Shown here in pieces: positions 52,500 to 64,000 of a stretch of DNA of 64,000 bases; positions within the stretch are counted from its first letter, which is position 1; every line of letters begins with the position of its first letter. This DNA comes from Spongospora subterranea f. sp. subterranea (Eukaryota): positions 1 to 64,000 of the forward strand of contig JAUGWO010000018.1 of the NCBI GenBank assembly GCA_049724395.1, read 5' to 3'. The translations under genes were made by a program, and so were the position numbers. A model generated the notes under the pieces. It was not told where the DNA came from. It worked only from the letters and a program-made list of their open reading frames with translations, and did not search any database.

Positions 52500-55400
52500 C
52501 AAAACCGTCATCATCAACTTCTCCTGGACAAATAATACAACCCCATCACCCTTAATGTCTGCTGTTTGATTTTGACCTGAACCAAATCAATGTGTGATCT
52601 TTTTACTTCGAATCATGGATTGTTCTCTTTGTTCGCGCCCTGGGTTGGACATGAACTGGCATAAAGCCATTTACAATAAGACACAGTTTTCATCTCTTTG
52701 TCGCTATCGTTTGATGGAAACATGTTATCAGATAGGTATAGACCAGGCTGATGAGGCGTATCACCAGGCTTGCAATGTCATATATGCCAAAATCTCTTGG
52801 TTTTCTTTCTCACGCGCATTTCGACGACCAAATCTCTATCGAGTATGCATCTTATACCGAAACTACAGAATGCCGACGGTCGTCGAAATGCACGTGAAAA
52901 AGAGAACCAAGAGATTTTGGCAGCTACTGCTCAATCGCATCGAATGTACCGACATTGTGATTACTCTCCGTGCGAAGTGCTGGAAATAGACATGCTTTAA
53001 CTTTGCCCCAAGAACTTCGCAGGAAAAATGATCAAGATTATAAAGTGATTTCTGCTTACTCTGCTTCAGTCTTTGTTGGTCGGCATTCTGTAGTTTCGTC
53101 ATAACATGCATACTCGACAGAGATTTGGTCGAAGCATCAATCGTATCGACTACTGTTTAATATTTCCCATCAATAGGATCAGCGCCAACTCATTATCATT
53201 GATTGTGATGAAGTCTGAAGCCTCGGACAACATTATTCGATGCCCCTTGAAACCTTTGCAGCATATTCAGAAACAGTAAGTGACCCTTGCGTAATGCTGA
53301 AGGTTTCCTGGATAGCATTTGATGCCCCTAGTGTTGAAATATTACCAAAACGCGACTCTAATATATTCCAACCTTCTTGTGTACTTTTGAATTTCTCTAC
53401 AATGGGATAAATGTCTTCTTTCATGCTTATCAGCACAACATCATGTAACTTCTCATCCAGAAATGCATCGATATTTGGAGTCCCATTGATTGCCCCACTA
53501 GCTCCTATAGCCTTTGAGACCCAGTAAACACTTGCGACTCCATATCAAATACTCCCTCTGTCCGGAAATGATTGATAGATTTACGTTTTTTATTTTTCCG
53601 GAAATGATTAATAGATTCGTTTACACACCAAGTCGTGAGGAATATTGCCTGATAACCTGGTTTGCCGTCAAGATTCAATCAACGTGGCGGCAGCCTTAAA
53701 CCGACAGCTTCTCTATGGTTGAATCCCTGGTCCTATTGGAGCTTATAATTTTTTTCTATTCCCTCAATATTCCCTCAACACAGGTTGAGCTCTTCTCTCG
53801 CCAAGTTGATTAAATCTTGACAACAAACCAGATTATCAGGCAATTTTCCTATGGCTTGCAATTTTGCCTTGCTCATGTGGGGCCAGTTTGTAGTTGTTAC
53901 TCCCCTTAACAAGCATGCAAGACTCCATTGCCTGTTTGCAGAGGCAGGAATATGTAGTTGAGAGAGTCGCTCGACATGGCATGATATGCATTTTCTACTG
54001 CCTCGATGAGCTCGTCAATATTCTTCGGCGCCTCTTGATGCTGCAAAGATTGTATAGCTCGAAAAAATCCCAGGTCCAGCACTGTTGAAATCGGCGGCTG
54101 TTAGTGGGTTGACAGCGCAGTGAGCTGTTCCATCCGTCATCTGTCCCTGCTTTTACAACTGCTTCGTCATCACATTTAGCATGTGGACGAGCATTGTCCT
54201 GTTGAATGATGATTCTCGTACTTTTGCTTAGAATTAGGCCATTTCGATTTTATGGCAGGAATTACTTTGTCTGTCAGAATTTCTACATACGCGTCTAGGG
54301 TAACTTCATAAGGTTTGGTAATCATCGTCCCCGTGTCCCGATTCTCTGGATTTCCGCTTGGCTAACTCTTGACGAACAAATGGCCATATGCCTAATTTGC
54401 CATTGAACATCGTCTTTCGGTGAGGATCATATCGAGGTCTGGCGACCGCCGCCAAGAACATGACTCCTTACGATAAATCGTTTGCTTTTTACCGTCCTAT
54501 ATGGAACGTCTTCTTCCGGAAGCAGGTCAGTATTTGCTCTTGGCTTTGGTAAAATAAAACCACTTTTCATCCACATGAACAGTGTCACACTTAGCGTGAA
54601 AGGTGTTGGAATTTTCGTCAATCATTGATAATGCAAATCGCAGCCTTTCTCGACGATTATCCTCTGTCAACGTCGGCTTGAGGGTACTGGTGACTCGTTT
54701 CAATGTCCCTTCTTGCATAACATCGAATAACGTGCTTTGTTGGGATATGAGTTGCTGCAGACAGACTCCTAAGCGTTCCTCTCTGCCTTACAGGTGCCAA
54801 AGCTATTTTTTCTCGTATATCCTCTCTGTCGCGCTTCTTACGACCCGAACGTCCCTTGATTCTTGATTCGACATTGGCAAGATTGCCCGATTCGAAGCAT
54901 GTTTGCGCTTGTTTCCATATCCTGGCAACCACCTGCGTAGATAGTCCAAAGTTTGCTGCGGTGGTTTTAATCGCGCCGTGTTGAAGTTTGCCCGCGAAAC
55001 AATTCTGAAGTAGCGCCTGTAGCACCGCATTTCTGGTCTCGCTTGACGAGTTGGGAGCTCTTTTTGTCGCGTTTGGTTGCGATGTCAATCAACATCTAAA
55101 CTGTAATTTCAATAATGATCATGAGATACATTTACGTAACGATAGTCATTCGTAACGATAAGATTGTGACACGACTGGACTACACCATAGGAAAGAGCGC
55201 TTTGGCCTATCATGAAGACAACAGAAAAACTCAAGGCTTTTATTCACTTGGATTGCTAATAACTTTGCTTATATTGCTCCGTTTCCTTTCTACCTTGCTG
55301 CGTTAGAAAGGATTTACCACCTGGCATCCGATGGCGCAACTGGCCTATTGAAATCTCTGGAAATGACCTTCTGGCGGGTGATTTCGAGATAATAAACAAA

Positions 55401-55651
55401 ATCCTACTTTTCGATCGTGTGATACACCTTCGTCATTAAAAATGAATGTCCAAGATTATCACAGTGAATAGTTCTACATGTTAATAAACACATTTCACAT
55501 TTACTTAGTAATGGTTTTCATTTTCGGCCTTAATCTTTTCGTATGTCGCAAATCTATCAATCATTTCCGGACAGAGGGAGTAATTGTCATTGGTTAATGT
55601 TGGCACAATAGTTTGTAGCTTCCCAACTCGTTCTGCATCATTAGACGACAT
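52500..55651 (-). mobile_element. Degenerate Ty1/copia gag relic interrupted by a mariner
   Basis: MSSNDAERVGKLQTIVPTLTNDNY|LIWSRKCLLGLK reads through once the mariner is removed. STQEGWNILESRF...TVSEYAAKV resembles Retrotran_gag_2/UBN2. Confidence 0.7.
53552..55580 (-). mobile_element. Full-length DD39D mariner (2029 bp) with perfect 31-bp TIRs and TA TSD; transposase frameshifted
   Basis: TIR ctccctctgtccggaaatgattgatagattt (53552-53582 / 55550-55580), TA on both sides. Motifs HVDEKWF, FNGKLGIWPF, IQQDNARPH, NS(P)DFN(V)LDLGFF, with 39 residues between D2 and D3 after indel correction. Confidence 0.95.
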
Positions 55652-56330
55652 TCGACTGTTGATCTATGTAGTACAACTGTAGTACAGCCCTCTGTACTCT
55701 CGGTCCAGTAACGACAACTTTATGTCCCTCTGAATAAATCATTCTGATTCGAAGCTCTCAAGAACTCTTGTAAACCTTTGTTTACACATCTTCACCTATA
55801 CCGCTGGCTTTACTTTCGAAACCAATCCGCTATAAAACTACTCCGTAGTTGACACGACAGATCCGGAACAACACTCTTGAACGCCTTTCTGACTCGTTTC
55901 TGTTTGTTGTTGGAATTGGGAAGATCTCCCATCACTCACTTTTCCAAATGCGTATCTGCACCAGGTGTTCATTACAAAACACTTGAAGCTACAGTTCATT
56001 GATTTGGCAAAGCCAGTCATCTGGCTCAGAACTTACAAAATTGTCATCATCCTCCGACGCTAAGCTCTCGGAGCAGGAGATATTATCGTCGAGAGAAGAG
56101 GCAAAAAACAAATCACACTCTTCAATGCTGACCGTACTGTTTTGCGATGGTTGCTGCCAGGTCGAAAAGATGTTTTCGACGCGTGTAAAAGGGAGATACA
56201 CAGTCTGGGGTAACGAGTAAATAATGACTCTCCACTCTGCCACTGTATACACCAGACACTGTGCGGCGCGACCCCTGAGGATTTATTATCTGTCACGAAC
56301 CACCCTGGTTGATTTGCCGGCCATTTGCTC

Positions 56331-56624
56331 ATGACGCCACCTCCTGCGCCATCTCGTTCGGCAGTTCTATGTCTCTATCGCCAGCTGATGCGGGCTGGAA
56401 ACACATTTCACGACTATAATTTTCGATCGTATTCTGTTCGTCGTACAAGGGAGCGGTTCATCGCTTCCCGGGAGGCGTCCGCTGAAGAATCTCTCACCTT
56501 ATATATATCGGGTCTAAAAGAGCTACAAGTCCTGAAAAGGCAGGCTGCTCTCAACAATATGTACGCTATTGGGAAAAATTTTGCAGATTTACCTGCTTCT
56601 AGCAAAAAGCCCTCATCTATCTGA
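56331..56624 (+). CDS. ISD11: LYR-motif protein 4 (ISD11), Fe-S cluster assembly
   Basis: VLCLYRQLMR...FHDYNFRSYSVRRTRERF...LQVLKRQ...MY. Confidence 0.9.
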   Translation: MTPPPAPSRSAVLCLYRQLMRAGNTFHDYNFRSYSVRRTRERFIASREASAEESLTLYISGLKELQVLKRQAALNNMYAIGKNFADLPASSKKPSSI

Positions 56625-56872
56625 CAAAGTCTGTTCTACCGATAATTCAAGAGTCATCCAAATATATTGCCAAGTTGTTAACAATTACTTATATTCATTC
56701 GCTGAATAGTGAGTCGCTGGCTCTTAGCTGTGTTGACAACTAGCCGACCGCTGGAGTTGCTAGGCGACTGATTCCTCATAGCGCTTGAATTTCTTTTTAT
56801 TATGATTGCCGCGTAGGGTCTTTCAACGGTTTTGCGTTTATTTTTTTCTTATGCGTCCTTTTGATGGTTTGC

Positions 56873-58132
56873 TCACGTCACGTATTCGAATTGCTTTTCA
56901 CATGGGGCTTTTTCACATGGGGCATACATCCCCCTTCACGAGCGGGATTGGCGCGTTTGCCCAAGGGCCAAACCTTACAAAAATAAAAGGGTTAGTGACG
57001 TCGTTGTTGTTATTGGGCCAGGTGATTACTCACCCTCCATCGGTGCAAGTGACACCACGAAAGCTCACTTGAGCGACAGGTATGGCAGTTTTCATTGAGG
57101 CTTTGCCGCTGACCTTCGCAGAAGATTTTGTGGCTTTCTGCCCGACAGTACTTTTGGTCAGTTTAGCCATTCCAGAGTTTGCAGTGCTGAGTGCGGTCGT
57201 CGGTTTGTTGACTTCCTTGGGGCTAACTGCAATCTTGAGCCGCAATGTGTGGTTTTCAATGACAGAGCTCGGTGCAGTCGAAATAGATTCGGTACCGACA
57301 AATACGCTTGAGTTGCGAGGCTGACCAGCGGTGCTTGAGTTGCCAGCAATGCTTGAGTTGTGAGGATGACCAGCGGAGCTTGAGCTGCCAGCAATGCTTG
57401 AGTTGTGACGACCGGTGCTTGATTTCCCAGTTTGTGCGGTGCTTGCGTTGAGATGTTTACTGGCAGAGCTTCGCTTAACGCTAACGCTTGAACCATGTCG
57501 GCTTGGTTGCGTAGTGGCGATACGTGGTGCCTGCCAGATCAGGCTGCTGTACGTCAGGTTCTCAATGGCAGTAGTATGGACAGCCCTAATACTCAATAAG
57601 AGGATAGACCAACAAATACCTTCAGTTGCCTTACCCAACACCTCCTGCACCGCAAGCTGGCCAAATGGTCATTAACTCTCCAGTTTGGATGAATTTGCCG
57701 ACCTTTTGGAACCCCATTTCAGCTCTTGTTATAGAGCGAATTTAATGTTCCTAATACCTTATTTCTGGGAGCTGATTCGCCCCAGATAATCAGGCCTTCA
57801 AGCGTAGTATTATCTGTTGATCTTGCGACGACTCGGTATCTGCATCCAGCTACAATTTCCTTCACCTCTTTCCCGGAAATTGGCGCATGAAGCGATATTT
57901 GAGCAAGGTTCTTTCTAGAGAGAATATCCTTAGAGTTGTGAAGACCAGCGATGATCAACGACTCGACTGGTTGCGTGATATTTGTGCTCTTCAAGACGTC
58001 ACCCAGAGAGGTCGGCAGCCCATCACCAGGATTACAGAAGTATGAGGGTAAGATGGTTCCGTTGGAAAAAGCCAAAGCCGGTGCGGCAAATACTGCACAG
58101 ACGATTACAATGATCTCAGCACCTTTCATCAT
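56873..58132 (-). CDS. Secreted Reeler-like protein with Ser/Thr/Lys-rich repetitive insert, four exons
   Basis: Signal peptide then FSNGTILPSYFCNPGDGLPTSLG, LEGLIIWGE|VGKF...WPACG|AVH...LIWQAP, an insert, then VSFRGVTCTDG|GFG. Introns are GT-AG and in frame. Confidence 0.7.
57305..57420 (-). repeat. In-frame 45-bp tandem repeat (HNSSIAG.SS.AG.P), ~2.5 copies
   Basis: gccagcaatgcttgagttgtga recurs at 45-bp spacing; translation HNSSIAGSSSSAGHP/HNSSIAGNSSTAGQP/RNSS. Confidence 0.8.
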
Positions 58133-58303
58133 GAGGTATGAAATACAAAATCACTCTGGCCGAGACGTAATCACAGTGGGTTAATGTTATTAAACAATGT
58201 TAATCTGGAATATCGGTTGTTCGAGACATGTTCCGGAATGTTCGAGGTCAACTTCGAAGCCAATCACCACTTACTGCAATAGGTTGTGTTAACAATGAAT
58301 AGT

Positions 58304-61300
58304 TTATATATGCAATGAGGCTTGCTGGAGAGCAAACATGCTAAAAATTTCTTCCAAGGACGTCTGAGATATCGAGTAATATTCAATGCCTTCAACAGAT
58401 TCCATTACTGAGAAAAGATCCGACAACAGTAGCGACGGGTCGATAATCTGTGGCGAAATTAAGTCAAACATGTGTACAAACAGTATCAAAATAGGCGTAC
58501 TTCGAATCCTATATGTAGTCCATGCTTGCCTTTGAGAGTAACCGTTGGCCATGCCTGGAAGAGGACCTTCATGATTTTATCGCACACCAGCTCTTGGCTC
58601 CACCATGTTAGGAATTCCTAAAATGCATTGACAACAATGAATGGTTGAATTGTTCGTTATTTTACCTTCGCCGGAATAAGCTGTCCTGTCTTTAACCTCG
58701 GCCCGAATAACGAGGATAAGACCTTATCCTCGATTTGCGCATCACCCAAACGAAGGCACAGGGAGCCCAGATTGCTTGCAGTCAATGATTCAAAATCGTT
58801 CAGGTTGCACGTCATTAATAATGTTTGAACATCCATCGCTTTGCTCCGAACTTCAATGGTATATCCACCGCCGAACCTGAGCACAAGCGCTCAGCTGATC
58901 TCAGTAGTAAAAACTAGTACAATTAGAAAATACTTCGTCTTTAGATGCTGAATTGACCCTAAACATTTCAGACGACCGTCGATGAGTATTGCAACCCGTG
59001 AGCAAAGAGCCTCACATTCTTCCATTGAATGCTATCGTCATTTCACGATTAGGTCATACTATGCGCTACTTCCGTAAATACCGTTGTTAAGACAAGGGCG
59101 GCTTTTGTCGATTGAACTGTATCTAAAATCGAACTCCAAAGAAATCTTTTAGCATGAGGACTCCATTCCAGTCGAGGGCTCATCTAAACGAAAATTAGCC
59201 AACAGCTTCAAATAATTGAGATATTGACAGATAGGTTCACTTTTCATCTACACGTTCAATTATGCAATCGTACCGAGAAAAATGACAGGGGGTTGCCCAA
59301 TCATGGCAATTGCTGCGGATAATTTCCTTTTGTTGCCACCGGAAAGATATTGAGTTGGGACATCTTTATAAAGATGAAGTTGCATGGCTGCGATGGAATC
59401 CGCCACACATGTAGGCCGCACTCCCCGGATCCTGCAATACATCCTATATCGCGAAATTGAGCTACAAATTGTGCACGCAAAACAGAATTACTTCAAATGT
59501 TCTTCCACAGTAAGCACATCAAACAGCGCATCGAACTGGGGACAATACCCTGCATGTTTCCTGTAGCATAATCAGATGTCGATTGCTTACCTGAAGCACA
59601 GCGAATATCGCACCTTGCAGAATAAACATCCAATTGAATATCATTTCCTGCAATGCGAGCAGTTCCTTTTGTCGGTATTTGAAATCCAGTTACACATTTG
59701 AGAGTGGTGGTTTTTCCAGCTCCATTGACTCCCAAATACCCAAAGCATTCTCCTCTCGATACGCCCAGCCAAAGTTCATGAAGCGCCACCTTCCCTGTTT
59801 GGTAGACTTTGGACATTCCTAAGATTTCTAACGGATACGCTTCGGGATCAGTGTTTTGTTGCATCCGCAACCGCTCCACAACAACGTCCTGATTGGCGAA
59901 TAACATTATAAAAGCAAAGACGATAAGCGCTTCTTACCTGATCTTCAATGAAGTTCGACGTGCTTCGGGTGCGAAAAATACCCTCTTTCACTGAGTTCAA
60001 TGATGCAGAGATTGATGATCTCAATGAAAAGCACCCTAAACAAATCAGGGAACGAACAGATTTAAAGTTACAGTTTCATACATTTTGTGTTTTCATGTGA
60101 AGCCGTTTGGTGGCTTTCGTTCCAAAAGAGTCCAATGAACGACAGAAGAAACGTAAGAACTGAATAATTCGTAAATATCAACACCTGTACGATTTGCGCA
60201 TATACCGAGATAGACAAAATTAAGACTTAACAGTTGGAAGGCGTTGCTCATCGTTCCAGCAGCATTGCACAATTCCCAATCATACTTTTGAAAGCAAACT
60301 TGAAGAGTCTAAACGACAGATTCAATAGGCATTACTGCACAAAAAATGAAAAAAACTGTACATTGAGCTGAATTCGAAGCAGGCCATCCATTAAATTAAA
60401 GGCGGGGAATATAAGTAAACCATATCTCGAAAAGTTATATGCATCGACTGTAGTGAAATCTTGCTGGCCTAGAGCAAACGTCTCAATTGTGTCCAACTGC
60501 ACAACTGGAAAGACCCCAACCAGGAATCGTGATAGCGAATGACTTCATAATATATGCAATAATTCCTAGAGAGCAAGTTCAGTCCTGATTCAATTTCAAG
60601 AATGATTGAGCGACAACCTAAGCCGGCTCCAGTCGCAATGTTGAACACCAATAACATTGACAGAGCTCGTGGAGCTGAATCGAACTTAAACGAGAGCCAA
60701 TACGTGAAAGGTATCACAGCGAATGCATACGCGGCCATCAAAGCAACAGTGACGTAATATCCATCAAAATAAGAGCCTAATGGACCGGAATCTTGAAAGC
60801 CAGCGTTAGAATGACCAAAGCGAGTAGTAAATGGGCCTGCTTACAATATGCGATAATAACACATGCAGATGCCACAGTGACTGAGAAGCAATTGTCATGA
60901 GTTTTGAAAATATGCGAACCATAGCACGTTTTTACCAAAAATTGTGGAAAGGTCCCATATTGTTGCACCTGCCCAGTAAGTAATTTTCCTCACACCACTC
61001 ACGAGTTGCTGGAATTTTGTATTATGTAAAGACTCTGTTTCCATTACTGCATGAGCGATAACAACTGTAAAACATTCATATCAGCAATTCATTTATTTTT
61101 GACAAAATTGTACCTGATGGACCGAACAAGAACGCTAATAGGATGGATAAAGATTTGACAAATGCGTTAACAGCACCTGTGATCGTAGAAAGGATTCGGT
61201 TAGGGCAATATACCTGGAGAAATTGCATAAGTCAGCGAAATTATGCAACAAAAAACAATGTTTGAGCTGTACGTTCGAATCCCAGTGGTTCGCTCCGCCA

Positions 61301-64000
61301 TTTAGGGCAATATTTGTTTGACATGGATATACGAGAGATCGGAAATTGGTATAGTCACAGCATTCGTTCTACCAAGACAAATTGAACCTTGAATTCACGA
61401 CAGCCATTACGACGCTTACGACGTTGCATATCCAAGGGATCAAAGAGCAATATCCCCATCCACGAAGGTCCTGACTGCACGATTCCACTGTTTTCAAAAA
61501 CGACTGATCCAAATATTGGGGTTTGTCTTGTATCCCAGCAGAATTGAAGCAATCCTGATATAGGGCATAGGTCATGGTTTGTGTATGCTTATCGAGATTT
61601 TCGAAATAAATACCAACCCCAATGGAGTTATCAACAGTATTGCCACAGGATTGACTGCGATCAAACGCAAGACGCGGATTGCATTCAGCAGGCCCTGGTT
61701 TAGGATAAACATGCGCGCCTTTCTCCACAAATGGCACAACCTAACCCGTGATCAGAATCACAAGATTAGATACTTCAAATCTTACAGATATATCAGGCAA
61801 TATAACAGGTAAAAACAGGAACACGATGGGAAAGAGAACTAGCAGTAGAAATTGTCTACGATCGCGCTTTGTGAGCCACCATCGTTTTATGACCATTGCT
61901 GCGAGTACTTCTCCAAAGGCCGAGTTGCTGCCGATTCCTGACATCACCTCAACATATACCACTGATGATCTTAATCTTGAAAATGATTTACCTGAACGTA
62001 CATCCTGATGCAACAAAACGTCGGCTGATTGATTTACGGACATATCGACAACATTTAAATCAACAGCTGACGAAGATCTCATATACGTTCCTGCATCATC
62101 TCGATTTTTTGCAACCGTTAGGAAAACCTAGAGCAGATCGTTCTGAGGTCAGCTCAATTATGACTGAGCAACGCGACTTTGTACATGCTCAAGAGTACAA
62201 CTCTCTACTCCAAAATCCACAGTGTTGCTGATCGTTTCCAATCTTTTGAACAGAACTCCAAAAAATGAAAGTTGATGGAACGGTAAACGAGCAGTGATGG
62301 TTGTCGCATTTTTTGAGAGAATTGTAGAATCTGGAACCTAAGTTCTCGATCGATTAGGGGAAATATATGTGAAGCTGACATGATACGATATACAGAAGAT
62401 TTTATCAGCTCTTGCGATGGAAGTAACGCGTCGTGTGATGGACCGGAGGTAATCTCGTCTTCTTTGAGTGTCACCGTCAATGTATAGCCTTCGCCGAACT
62501 TGGTTTTCAAAAATAATGGTGTACCAGCGCAGCGCAACCGCCCATCTGAAAGAATGGCAACACGGTCACCTGCATAATAAAAATATTAGTCAGGCTCCAA
62601 TTGTTGGACGAAAAATCCGACCTAAGACTTCAGCTTCGTCCATAAAATGCTAAATAAATAAGTATGAGGAGTGCATAATTAACAAACGGTTTACGTACTG
62701 TCGTCAATACGATAACCCGGCCTTTGCGATTCTTTAGTAATACATCCCAAGTGCATCGTCGGCTGTATGGGTCCATTCCTGACAGAATTCGGTTAGAAGG
62801 GGGTTCCTCGCGATAGCACAAATTGATTCACCTGAAGTTGGCTCATCTAAGAAAACGACTCGAGAATTCCCGATCTAAAATATCACATTGGATGTAGACT
62901 CAACTATCACAAATAGAACTCACAAATGCTATTGCAACACAGAGTTTTCTTTTTTGCCCTCCTGAGAGCGTCTTGACCTTCTGATGTAATTTATCTTGCA
63001 TGCCTAGCTCCGAAATGTAGCGTTTTATTTCAAAGTCTATCTCGATAAGCCTGGATCCTTTCAAGGTAGAAAACAGGCCTAGCTTCGCATAAGCGGCCGA
63101 ACTAATTATGTCTGAAATTTCCACATACGAAGGTTTTCATAGCACGTAAGATCCTCAAAAAGTATATCATATTGAGGGCACATTCCTAGAGATTGCCGGA
63201 TGTTTTGCATGTTGTGAACCAATGAGTTCCCGTAGACCTAAAGAATTTGAGCGACCTTAGTCAATTTAAAATACAAATAAGGCGAGCCTACTTTTGCGTC
63301 CCCAGACGTAGGTTGTATCAGGCCACATAAAGTCCTGATTAGCGTCGTCTGAGAGAAACTTCAGAGTGCTTCAGAGCCAAAGCAGAGTGTAAATTTTACC
63401 TTACCAGCACCATTGTGACCGAGTAAACTTGTTATTTGACCCTAGTTTCAGTTGTTGATCAAAAGTGCGAACATTACTAAACATGAAGATACTTCGTAAA
63501 GTGTCAGCGTCAGAGAATCAAGAGCAACGCGCTGGTGCTTCATTCCTGGAATGATGAAATGACGGCTAAGTTTTTCGATTTTGACGCAGCTAAATCCAAA
63601 CAGGAATGAGCTATTAAAGCTTGGCCTCGTATTTCACCTTACCGGTCGCGCCTAGCGAGCTGCTTTTGTTCAAACTCGACGTCTTCGACAGAAGTCTGAC
63701 TTTCTGGCTCCGCAACAGAAGCAAAATCAGATTCCTGTACTAGAATTACCGCTTGATGAAATACCAATACAGGGACTACCTCAGCTGTTTTTTTTGGAGG
63801 AACGCGCCCAGTCCAAAACGACTTGTGGAAAGGAAAATGCCAAGGCAACCTTCGTCCTATTTTCTTCGGAAGAACATTTTCTAGATACCATGCCTGCTGT
63901 CCATCAGTGAACAGCATATAACGGTGTAGTACAACATTACAATAATTATATAGATTAAAGCATCAAAGAGCATCAGAGCGGTCATGGCCGGAAGGGATAA
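58304..64000 (-). CDS. ABC transporter subfamily A, partial (5' part off right edge), many introns
   Basis: [86 protein letters not shown]. Confidence 0.95.

Noticed and set aside
55989..56332. Gene head-to-head with ISD11 with overlapping ATGs
   Set aside because: It needs a frameshift, has no recognisable motif and leaves no promoter space.

Overview
Eukaryotic, gene-dense window with short (~45-90 nt) GT-AG introns and roughly mid GC. The style suggests a compact protist genome, possibly plasmodiophorid-like; that is inference only. About 20 host genes are supported: RraA/HMG aldolase, a secreted cathepsin-L-like protein with Cys->Ser, DNAJC25-like, an LRR protein, a ~10 kb degenerate DUF3638/DUF3645-like giant gene, a mitochondrial carrier, SMC5, RAD6, PX-START, glycerol kinase, NHP2, HIBADH, SCCPDH-like, PCYOX1-like, SAE1, CEP85-like, ISD11, a Reeler-like secreted protein and an ABCA transporter. 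They alternate with three transposon-relic zones (2.1-7.1 kb, 26.6-27.3 kb, 50.7-55.7 kb) holding long-spacer IS630-Tc1-mariner relics, DD39D mariners, a copia gag and a non-LTR RT fragment. The most striking unexplained pattern is repeated fold-back (inverted) duplication, from 18 bp to ~520 bp, in relics of four unrelated TE classes; I saw none inside host genes. Several conserved genes carry single-base frameshifts, so assembly error must be considered throughout.
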